Positions 48,241 through 55,958 of a stretch of DNA of 64,000 nt are shown piece after piece; position 1 is the first letter of the stretch; every line of letters starts with the position of its first letter. Made by a program: the position numbers and the translations under genes. The stretch is from Candidatus Cloacimonadota bacterium (GTDB lineage Bacteria > UBA4055): contig PDON01000066.1 of the NCBI GenBank assembly GCA_002742935.1, positions 6,185 through 70,184 on the forward strand, read 5' to 3'. The notes beneath the pieces were generated by a model. The model did not search any database, was not told the DNA's origin, and saw only the letters and a program-made list of their open reading frames with translations.

Positions 48241-49296
48241 TTATCTCAACCTACTGTGAACTTTTGGATCAAAAGCCTCTCTCACACCCTCACCTATAAA
48301 AGTAATAGTAAGAAGTGTTAAGAATATGGCACCTAGAGGAGCAGAGATTAGCCACCAGTAGGTAACATCCTCTTTTCCTTGAGTTAAAAGTTCTCCCCAA
48401 CTTGGAGTAGGAGGAGCCAAACCAAAACCCAGATAATCTAATGAAACTAGTGAAAATATATAACCAACAATTGCAAATGGAGCAAAAGTTATTATCGGAG
48501 TTAATGAGTTTGGTAATATATGTTTGAACATCACCCTTCTGTTTGTAGCTCCCATAGAGATTGCGGCAGCAACATAATCCTTAGCTTTCTCTCTGTAGAA
48601 CTCTCCCCTTACATAGTAGGTCATACCTATCCATCCAAAAATTATAAGCAAAAATGCCAATAAGAAGAAAGAAGGATTTATAATAGTTGTAATAATCATA
48701 ATTGCATATAGGAAAGGAACTCCAGCAGTCATCTCAATAAGTCTCTGACCCAAGATATCAACTTTACCACCATAGTAACCCAAGATTCCTCCCACAATAA
48801 TACCTATTACATATGAGAAAAATGCAACAACAAGAGCAAAAGATATAGATATATTGAATCCGTAAAGCAATCTTGCAAAAACATCTCTACCTCTGTTATC
48901 AGTACCAAACCAATGCTTTGAATCAGGAGGGGTTGGTGGTTCACCCTCAATCTCACCCAATAAGTTTTCAGTTGGTGAGTATGGGTAGAAAGGCATCAAA
49001 ACCCAATTACCATTATCATCTTTTTCAAACTTTTTCTGAAGAGCCCTATAGTTAGCCTCTCCATATCCATCCATCTCAAAATACTTAGCTGTATAGTAAC
49101 CTCCAAATATAGGGAAATGGAGCTCACCCTTATAGCTTACAATAAGAGCACTATTGTTTATAAAGAGAGGAAAAGCAAAAGATAAAATATAAAAGATTAT
49201 TAACCCTATGAAAGAGTAATATCCCCTTTTAAGGGTCTTAAATTTTTTCCACCTCTTCTGAAACAGTGACTCAGATTTTTTTATATTCTTAGACAT
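48241..49296 (-). CDS. ABC transporter permease (OppC/YejE-like)
   Basis: Polytopic; N-terminal anchor plus periplasmic segment ...HWFGTDNRGRDVFARL; EAA-like loop AAISMGATNRRVMFKHILPN. Confidence 0.85.
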   Translation of the reverse strand: MSKNIKKSESLFQKRWKKFKTLKRGYYSFIGLIIFYILSFAFPLFINNSALIVSYKGELHFPIFGGYYTAKYFEMDGYGEANYRALQKKFEKDDNGNWVLMPFYPYSPTENLLGEIEGEPPTPPDSKHWFGTDNRGRDVFARLLYGFNISISFALVVAFFSYVIGIIVGGILGYYGGKVDILGQRLIEMTAGVPFLYAIMIITTIINPSFFLLAFLLIIFGWIGMTYYVRGEFYREKAKDYVAAAISMGATNRRVMFKHILPNSLTPIITFAPFAIVGYIFSLVSLDYLGFGLAPPTPSWGELLTQGKEDVTYWWLISAPLGAIFLTLLTITFIGEGVREAFDPKVHSRLR

Positions 49297-49316
49297 TTAA
49301 TAAATCCTCTAATAAA

Positions 49317-50654
49317 TTACTTAAATCTAATTCTTGGGTCAATTGCAGCATAACACATATCTGAAATTAGGTTACCAATAAGTTTAATAACAGAACCTAC
49401 AACAAGGAAACCAAGAGAAATCGGATAATCCCTATTTATCAGTGCATTAAAACCAAGAAGTCCTATACCGTCAATATTGAATGTTTTTTCAATTAGGTAG
49501 GAACCAGCAAAGATAACACCAATAATACCACCAATACCGGTAGCAAGAGGTATAAGTGAGTTTCTAACAGCATGAATGAAGATAACTCTTCTTTCAGATA
49601 AACCCTTAGAAAAGGCTGTTCTAACATAATCAGATCCAAGGTTTTCCAAAAGGGAATTTTTCATCAACACTGTTAATGTTGCAAAAGATCCTATAGACCA
49701 AGAGATAATAGGAAGAATAGTGTGGGAAATTTGATCATAAACCTTTCCCATAAAATCCATCTCTTCAAAGTTTGGTGATCTAAAATCTCCCAGAGGGAAA
49801 ACATCCCAGAAACTTCCACCACCAAAGAACATAAGTAATAGAATACCAAGAGCAAAACCCGGTATTGAGTAACCCACAAACACAATAACAGAGGTTGCTG
49901 CATCAAAAAATGAGTTATGCTTGATAGCTTTATAGATACCAAGCGGAATACAGATAAGATAGGATAGGAACATACCTACAATACCAAAGTAAGCGGATAT
50001 ATGTAACCTTTCCATTACAAGATCCACTACAGGCTCTCTAAAAGTGTAAGATTCTCCAAGATTACCCGTAAATATACCAGAGAGCCTAGTTTTATAAACC
50101 CTTACTGAATCTTGATTAGCTCCAATACGATCAGTATTCCAAGAAGAAACCGGATACCAATCCTCAATCTCAGTGTAATCAGGAAGCTCAGGATAATCTT
50201 GGAAGGCAAAATCGGCTCCTATACCGGATTCAAAAACCTCCAACTCTCCATTTTGATCCTCAACCTTAATCCACTTTTGAAGTTCGTAAAGGTCATTACC
50301 ATCCTTAACATACTCAACATTAAATCTGTAAGGTTCACCAATGGAAACCTCTTTTTCATCAATATCTCTTGGCCAAACACCTAGCCAAAGAAGATATCTC
50401 ACAATAATTGGTTTATCGAAACCATAGAACTTTTTCATCTTTTCCATAGCTTCAGGGGAGATCTCAATCTCTCCTTCCATTGAGCTTCCAGATGCTCCGG
50501 CTTCACCACTTTGCATCTGTGCTTGCTTCAATTTAAGAATCTCCTGTTCCAAAGGTCCACCCGGAACAATCTGTAGGATAAAGAAGAACATGATTGTAAT
50601 CCCAATAAATGTTGGAATCATCAATAAAATTCTTCTAATGATGTAACTGAACAT
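49317..50654 (-). CDS. ABC transporter permease (OppB/YejB-like) with enlarged first periplasmic loop
   Basis: MFSYIIRRILLMIPTFIGITIM start, EAA-like loop VRTAFSKGLSERRVIFIHAVRN. About 180 aa lie between TM1 and TM2. Confidence 0.85.
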   Translation of the reverse strand: MFSYIIRRILLMIPTFIGITIMFFFILQIVPGGPLEQEILKLKQAQMQSGEAGASGSSMEGEIEISPEAMEKMKKFYGFDKPIIVRYLLWLGVWPRDIDEKEVSIGEPYRFNVEYVKDGNDLYELQKWIKVEDQNGELEVFESGIGADFAFQDYPELPDYTEIEDWYPVSSWNTDRIGANQDSVRVYKTRLSGIFTGNLGESYTFREPVVDLVMERLHISAYFGIVGMFLSYLICIPLGIYKAIKHNSFFDAATSVIVFVGYSIPGFALGILLLMFFGGGSFWDVFPLGDFRSPNFEEMDFMGKVYDQISHTILPIISWSIGSFATLTVLMKNSLLENLGSDYVRTAFSKGLSERRVIFIHAVRNSLIPLATGIGGIIGVIFAGSYLIEKTFNIDGIGLLGFNALINRDYPISLGFLVVGSVIKLIGNLISDMCYAAIDPRIRFK

Positions 50655-50723
50655 TCACTCTCCTGTTATCTTTTATAAAGTCTGACTATCATCACAAAAC
50701 TATCAATCTTTAACTCGAATCTG

Positions 50724-50752
50724 ATAATAAATTGATTTTGCAACAATGTCAA
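50724..50752 (-). promoter_or_regulatory. sigma-70 promoter of the ABC importer operon
   Basis: Minus strand reads TTGACA (50752-50747), 17 nt spacer, TATTAT (50729-50724). Confidence 0.55.
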
Positions 50753-50821
50753 GCAAAAATATTACAAATTAAATAGAATTACTTTCACACAACTAAAATC
50801 TATTATTGCATTTAAAACTTT

Positions 50822-50845
50822 AAAAGACCGAACATGCGGTCTTTT
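50822..50845 (-). terminator. terminator after the membrane-protein gene
   Basis: AAAAGACCG pairs with CGGTCTTTT, 6-nt loop, flanked by A/T runs. Confidence 0.6.
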
Positions 50846-50876
50846 AAAAAAAACAATTAAATATATTTTTGAGTAA

Positions 50877-52010
50877 TTAACCAAAACTTACAAAAAGAAG
50901 ATACAAATAGTGAGCAGAAGTTCCGGCAACAATACCGCCAATTGTATGAGAAATTAAAGCTCTTGACGTAAGCTCTCTACTTTTCAAAGCGTCAAGCATT
51001 GCAGTATGGGTAGAAAGATAACCACTCCAACACATTCCCATTGCAGTAAAAACAGCAACCTCATTTCCTCCTGCAATACCTCTGGTAAAAAACTCTTTAG
51101 CTATGGAAAGAGCAGCACCAACAGCTCCCAAAGATGTTATAGGGAAAGCAATAAGTTCAGGATATTCAAATCCAAAGAGAGCAGAGAAGAACCAATCAAA
51201 GTATCCTGCCAGTTGAGGAAGTAATGGAACACCTTCATAAGCACCACCTGTATAACCTGAAGGATCATGAACCCCAAATGTAACAATCATTATCATAGAT
51301 GAGATGATAATTACCCCGGGAATAATAGCAAGACCAAGATCAACACCCTGCTTACCACCATCTAAAATAGAGTTTAAGAATCTTAGGAAAAGGTTACCTT
51401 CCGATTTAAAGCTTATATTTTCATTATCCCCTTCACAACTATTGTTACACTTTTCTGAATCGGCAAGATCTTTTCTTATAAGGGCTTGCATCAGTCTTGT
51501 AGAAACACCAGCACCAATAATTGCACCGGCAAATCCTAGAAAAGCTTCTGCAAAATACCCTTTTCCAAACATAAAAGTTAAAACAATAAGACCCATTCCA
51601 AAAGCAGTACCAAAGTTTGTAAGAGAGATAAGCTCATATTTTTTAAAGTAGTTTTTGAAGTTTCTATCATGAGCAAGGCTAATAATTGCGGGGTTATCTG
51701 AAAAAAATGTCATCAAAGCTCCCAAAGAAGCTACTCCCGGAAGATTAAATATAGGTCTCATAAAAGGGGCTAACATAGCCTCAAGAAGCCTCACAACTCC
51801 AAACTCAATCATAAGCTTACCCAAAGCTCCTGCAAGAACAGTTATACCCATAATATAGAACACCGTATTCATAAGAAGGTCGTGGGCAGTTTTCATTAGA
51901 GTATTCAACATATTTGCCAATCCCATAATAGATGCCAGATATCCGAAAAAGCCAAGAAAAACAGCTAAAAATATAAACGCCTCTAATTTCCTTCCTGCAA
52001 GTCTTTTCAT
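50877..52010 (-). CDS. polytopic membrane protein (nucleoside-recognition/Gate-domain-like, tentative)
   Basis: 377 aa, about 10 hydrophobic helices. ...LPGVASLGALMTFFSDNPAIISL... is reminiscent of YjiH/SpmA-type Gate domains. By-eye call. Confidence 0.5.
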   Translation of the reverse strand: MKRLAGRKLEAFIFLAVFLGFFGYLASIMGLANMLNTLMKTAHDLLMNTVFYIMGITVLAGALGKLMIEFGVVRLLEAMLAPFMRPIFNLPGVASLGALMTFFSDNPAIISLAHDRNFKNYFKKYELISLTNFGTAFGMGLIVLTFMFGKGYFAEAFLGFAGAIIGAGVSTRLMQALIRKDLADSEKCNNSCEGDNENISFKSEGNLFLRFLNSILDGGKQGVDLGLAIIPGVIIISSMIMIVTFGVHDPSGYTGGAYEGVPLLPQLAGYFDWFFSALFGFEYPELIAFPITSLGAVGAALSIAKEFFTRGIAGGNEVAVFTAMGMCWSGYLSTHTAMLDALKSRELTSRALISHTIGGIVAGTSAHYLYLLFVSFG

Positions 52011-52165
52011 TCAAATACTCCAAAAATTTAAGTTCGGCAGAATATATGGATATAGGGGTAAGTAGTCAATAGTTAATTTAGATAAAATAGTATAGTATAG
52101 AATCAGCTTTCAAAAAGCCATAAATAGCAGTTCAATTCAAGCCCATTTTACATAACTTAGAAGTT

Positions 52166-52195
52166 TTGCTATTTTTAAGTAGAACCTACTATAAT
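52166..52195 (+). promoter_or_regulatory. putative sigma-70 promoter embedded in a conserved 43-nt box
   Basis: TTGCTA (52166-52171), 18 nt spacer, TATAAT (52190-52195); 64 nt upstream of ATG 52259. Confidence 0.45.
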
Positions 52196-52258
52196 CATAC
52201 TATTGTTTCTTTATATTGGTATAATTCTACACAGGAAAAGAAAGTCAAAGGTTGATAA

Positions 52259-53482
52259 ATGAAAAAGATTTTGCACATACTTGCCCAAAGACCAGGAATG
52301 ACCGGAAGTGGAATATTTATTCAGTCTCTTGTGAGGGAAGCCCATAAAAAGGGGTATAACCAATCAGTAATTTATGGAACAACACCCAAAAGTGAAGATA
52401 GTAAGCTAATACCACTAATACCTGAAGAATTAAAGTTTCCCGTAAACTTTGAAACAGAAGAACTCCCTTTTCCGGTTGTGGGAATGAGTGATATAATGCC
52501 ATACAATAACAGAACCTACTCAAGCATGGATAATCACTCTTTACAATTATGGAAGAGCAGCTTTAAAAAGGTTTTATTAAAAGCAGTAGAAGAGTTTAAA
52601 CCGGATATAGTAATTTCTCACCACCTTTGGCTCCTTACCTCATATGTTAAGGAATTATTCCCAAATATTAGGGTTGTAGGAGTATCCCACGGAACAGGGC
52701 TCAGACAACTTACACTCGCTAAACAGTTTTCCGAGTATGTAAAAAAGGGGATATCCAAAATAGATATAATATTAGCCTTAAATGAGTATCAAAAGAATGA
52801 GATATCAAAAAGCTACAATATCCCCAAATGTAAAATTAAAATTACAGGAACTGGATATAACTCATCAGCTTTCTTTCCTCCTTTAGAGAAGAAGAGGAAT
52901 AAAAAAGCAAGAGTAATTTATGCGGGGAAAATGAGTAAAGCTAAGGGTGTTGAACAGCTTATCAATAGCTTTAATAGCCTACCATTTAAGAAAGAGGAGA
53001 TTGAGCTGCTTATGTTTTCTGCAGGATCAGGAAAAGAGGCAGAGTATTTATCAAAAATGGTAGAAGATAGCAGTAATATTGTAAATATGGGTATGGTTAG
53101 TAACAGTGAGTTGGGGGAGCATTTTAGAGAAGCAGATATATTTATATTACCATCACTGTATGAAGGGGTTCCTTTGGTTATTTTAGAAGCTCTTGCCTCA
53201 GGTTTAAAGGTTATAACAACAGATCTCCCGGGTCTAAAATCTTGGGTAGGGGAAGATATAAACAGATCAGGAATAATTACTTATATAGATCTTCCACCGC
53301 TAAAAAATAGGGATTGTATAGAATCAGGAGAAAAAGAGTTTGAAAATAGGATAAAAAAAGCTCTAGAACTGTCCATAAATGGTGTGATTGATAATAGGAA
53401 ATACAATACAGAGAATATAAATAAATTAGTTGAAAAAAGATCTTGGGAAGCTCTGTTTGAAAAGATTGAGACATACTTCTAG
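52259..53482 (+). CDS. glycosyltransferase family 4 (GT-B fold)
   Basis: MKKILHILAQRPGMTGSGIF N-terminus and C-terminal EGVPLVILEALASGLKVITTD (E-x7-E region). Confidence 0.85.
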   Translation: MKKILHILAQRPGMTGSGIFIQSLVREAHKKGYNQSVIYGTTPKSEDSKLIPLIPEELKFPVNFETEELPFPVVGMSDIMPYNNRTYSSMDNHSLQLWKSSFKKVLLKAVEEFKPDIVISHHLWLLTSYVKELFPNIRVVGVSHGTGLRQLTLAKQFSEYVKKGISKIDIILALNEYQKNEISKSYNIPKCKIKITGTGYNSSAFFPPLEKKRNKKARVIYAGKMSKAKGVEQLINSFNSLPFKKEEIELLMFSAGSGKEAEYLSKMVEDSSNIVNMGMVSNSELGEHFREADIFILPSLYEGVPLVILEALASGLKVITTDLPGLKSWVGEDINRSGIITYIDLPPLKNRDCIESGEKEFENRIKKALELSINGVIDNRKYNTENINKLVEKRSWEALFEKIETYF

Positions 53483-53609
53483 TTATACTACCGAAAACTC
53501 AATTGTACTACAATTATACTAAGTATGACTTTTACTATATATTCTATGAATCTTTTCATGCTATCTTCTTTCTAGTAGAATATTATTTTTAAAATTTGGA
53601 GATTAAAAA

Positions 53610-53948
53610 ATGATTACTGTAACCGAAAGTGCAACTGTCGAGGTAAAAAAAGTTCTCGACCAACAAGAAGATAAAGATCTCTGCATTAGAGTTTATATTG
53701 AAGGTGTTGGTTGAAGTGGTCCAAGGCTAGGTCTAGCTATGGATAAGGAAAAAGATGGAGATCTTGTTCTAAAGCTTAATGATATTAACTATGTTGTAGA
53801 TAGCAAAAGTTCAGATATGATTAAAAAAAGTGGAAATGTAACTTTAGATTACATTGATGGAGACGGATATGGTTCAGGCTTTACCGTAAACTTTGGATTG
53901 ACTCCGGAAGAAAATTGTGGAGACAGCTGTGGTGGATGTGGGCACTAA
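53610..53948 (+). CDS. HesB/IscA-like selenoprotein (in-frame UGA at 53712-53714 read as Sec)
   Basis: ATG 53610 lies 7 nt after GGAGA. MITVTESATVEVKKVLDQQEDKDLCIRVYIEGVG-U-SGPRLGLAMDKEK... is in frame with track ORF 53739..53948. The UGA replaces the Cys of the GCxG motif. C-terminal CGGCGH. Confidence 0.7.
53719..53744 (+). promoter_or_regulatory. SECIS-like hairpin
   Basis: 5 bp, an A-A mismatch, then 5 bp, closing a GGUC apical loop (53730-53733) that begins 16 nt after the UGA. This resembles the GGUC-loop hairpin of E. coli fdhF. Confidence 0.5.
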
Positions 53949-53975
53949 TCATTCATACATTACACTTTAATAATG

Positions 53976-54008
53976 AAAAGGTGAGTTTTAAACCTCACCT
54001 TTTTTTTA
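53976..54008 (+). terminator. rho-independent terminator
   Basis: AAAGGTGAG pairs with CTCACCTTT, followed by a run of Ts. Confidence 0.7.
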
Positions 54009-54041
54009 TTTTATATTATAGATGGAGTTAGAACGAGGCTG

Positions 54042-54176
54042 CCTTAAAAAGTCAGACTGGCTAGAAACGAGTAGTACAAGGAATTGATTTTTATGCGATT
54101 TGAGCCTAGAGATACTAGGTGATCCATTGCAAAAAAAATTGATGACGCAGTAATGCGAAGTTGACAGGAAGTCTGG
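54042..54176. repeat. intergenic repeat family, copy A (with hairpin module)
   Basis: Hand alignment to 59641-59753 gives roughly 80% identity outside a ~24-nt insert (GCCTAGAGATACTAGGT hairpin) that is shared with copy C. Confidence 0.75.
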
Positions 54177-54322
54177 AACGGAGTGGTTTCAATAAACAGC
54201 TTTGAAAGTATAAACCAAAATTGATAAATTATGAACAGAACAATCAATAAAAAGTAAAAAACAGGAGATACTTACAATAAAGGTAATCTTTTGATGAATA
54301 ATTTACAAAAAATCAAATCAGA

Positions 54323-54351
54323 TTGACTATTAAAAGTAAAGAGAGTATTAT
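54323..54351 (+). promoter_or_regulatory. sigma-70 promoter
   Basis: TTGACT (54323-54328), 17 nt spacer, TATTAT (54346-54351). Confidence 0.55.
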
Positions 54352-54379
54352 ATACTATTACTAAATTTTAGGAAGATAT

Positions 54380-55363
54380 ATGAAAAAAAAGTTGATACCA
54401 ATACTTATAATAACATTAACAAATCTCTTAATATCCAATAGTTCATACAAACTTTTTGAATATGAGCTTGATCCTGTATCAACATCTATGAGAAACGGTA
54501 ATATTTCACACACACCCTCAATAACATCAGCACTTATAAATCCCGCAGGTATGAATCTAATAAAAAATAATGGTATAAATTTGAGCTATCTTAAAGGTTT
54601 TACGGAAACCTATAACATAAATATTAGAGCAAACTATAATTTGGATTCATTAAGCTCTCTTTTTATTACAAACATATTCCAAAATTATGGAGATTTTAAA
54701 AGAGTTGATAAAAGTAGCTATCAATCATATGAAAACATATTTTCGGTAGGGTATTCAAGAAAAGTTTTTAACAATTTATACGGAGGAGGAAATCTAAAAT
54801 ATTACTATGGCTCTATAGATGATTACTCCTCATCTGTTTTGGCAGTTGATCTAAACATTTTTTACAGATTATTAAACAGGAAACTATCTCTTTCACTAGG
54901 TATGTTTAATCTTGGTACTCAACTATCAGAATTTAACGGTGTTTCTGAAAAGCTACCTACAGCTTTAAAGATTGGTGCATCAAATAAGCTGGATAGGCTA
55001 CCCCTTGAAATTAGCTTTCAGTACAACAGATTCTTTGAAGATGAGGAAAATGAATACATTTTATCGGCAGAGTTTATACCTAATGAGAATTTGGAGATTA
55101 GAGCAGGATATAATTTTTCAATGAATAATTATGAATTGGGAACAGGCGAAAAAATAGAACAATTTTCAGGACTTTCACTTGGCTTAGGAATAAATATTGC
55201 GGAATTTGAGTTTGATATAGCTTATCCAATAAACGGATATTTAGAAAATCAAATAAATATGGGATTAACATACAACTTTGGCAAAACTGTAGGATCTTTC
55301 TTTGGCAAAAAGGGAAAAAAAACTAAAAAGAAAATAAATAAGAGAAAGCATAGAAGAAAATAG
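54380..55363 (+). CDS. PorQ/PorV-like outer-membrane beta-barrel protein with polybasic C-terminal tail
   Basis: Signal peptide, ...TSALINPAGM... motif, strand pattern ending MGLTYNF, then GKTVGSFFGKKGKKTKKKINKRKHRRK. Confidence 0.5.
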   Translation: MKKKLIPILIITLTNLLISNSSYKLFEYELDPVSTSMRNGNISHTPSITSALINPAGMNLIKNNGINLSYLKGFTETYNINIRANYNLDSLSSLFITNIFQNYGDFKRVDKSSYQSYENIFSVGYSRKVFNNLYGGGNLKYYYGSIDDYSSSVLAVDLNIFYRLLNRKLSLSLGMFNLGTQLSEFNGVSEKLPTALKIGASNKLDRLPLEISFQYNRFFEDEENEYILSAEFIPNENLEIRAGYNFSMNNYELGTGEKIEQFSGLSLGLGINIAEFEFDIAYPINGYLENQINMGLTYNFGKTVGSFFGKKGKKTKKKINKRKHRRK

Positions 55364-55450
55364 ATTAGAAGGATTTTTAACTTGATATTGGCTTTATAAT
55401 AGCTATATTTATTATATGATGAGTGTTATAAATATTTATTGGAGATGATT

Positions 55451-55894
55451 ATGGCAAGTTTGAACAAGGTAATTTTAATCGGAAATTTAGGTAAGGATCC
55501 AGAGGTTAAATATCTTCCTTCCGGTATTAAATTAGCTAAATTCTCAATAGCAACTTCTGAAAGATATAAAAAGGGTGAGAATTGGGAAGAAAAAACAGAA
55601 TGGCATAATATTGTTTCATTCGGAAAAATTGCCGAAAGAGCGGGAGATATTTTAAAGAAAGGTACAAGTGTTTATCTTGAGGGAAGAATTTCTACCAATG
55701 CATGGGAAACGGAAACAGGTGAAAAGAGACATAGAACAGAGATTATAGCTAGCAACTTAATGGCTCTGGCAAACAGAAAAGAGTTCCAACAGGAAACATC
55801 TGGAAATGAGATGTCTCAACCGCCAATGCAACAAACAGTTTCAGAACCTCCTGTAGATTCCGTTAACGATATTGATGATGATTTACCGTTCTAA
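55451..55894 (+). CDS. ssb: single-stranded DNA-binding protein
   Basis: MASLNKVILIGNLGKDPEVKYLPSG OB-fold start and acidic tail DIDDDLPF. ATG 55451 lies 5 nt after GGAGA. Confidence 0.92.
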   Translation: MASLNKVILIGNLGKDPEVKYLPSGIKLAKFSIATSERYKKGENWEEKTEWHNIVSFGKIAERAGDILKKGTSVYLEGRISTNAWETETGEKRHRTEIIASNLMALANRKEFQQETSGNEMSQPPMQQTVSEPPVDSVNDIDDDLPF

Positions 55895-55911
55895 ACTGAA
55901 AAACATGGTAT

Positions 55912-55946
55912 AAAAAAAAGCCTCTTAACTTTAAGAGGCTTTTTTT
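55912..55946. terminator. bidirectional terminator
   Basis: AAGCCTCTTA pairs with TAAGAGGCTT (10 bp), 4-nt loop. A-run before and T-run after; between convergent genes. Confidence 0.8.
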
Positions 55947-55958
55947 ATTAAACTTGTA

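Noticed and set aside
54093-54165. Possible conserved micro-peptide encoded by the repeats (A: SIAKKIDDAVMRS*, B: MQSIAEKIDEEVMRNW*, C: KSDDAVMQSLLTV*)
   Set aside because: Only copy B has an ATG. Copies A and C have in-frame stops immediately upstream (TGA at 54120-54122 in A; TAG/TAA in C). The substitutions between A and B are not concentrated at third codon positions. I also considered UGA read-through in copy A, but there is no downstream SECIS-like hairpin. The similarity is better explained at the nucleotide level.
54044-54247. 67-aa minus-strand ORF in the ORF track
   Set aside because: It lies entirely inside repeat copy A and its flank. The homologous copies B and C do not preserve this reading frame (indels, stops). 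There is no RBS. Treated as a by-product of the repeat.
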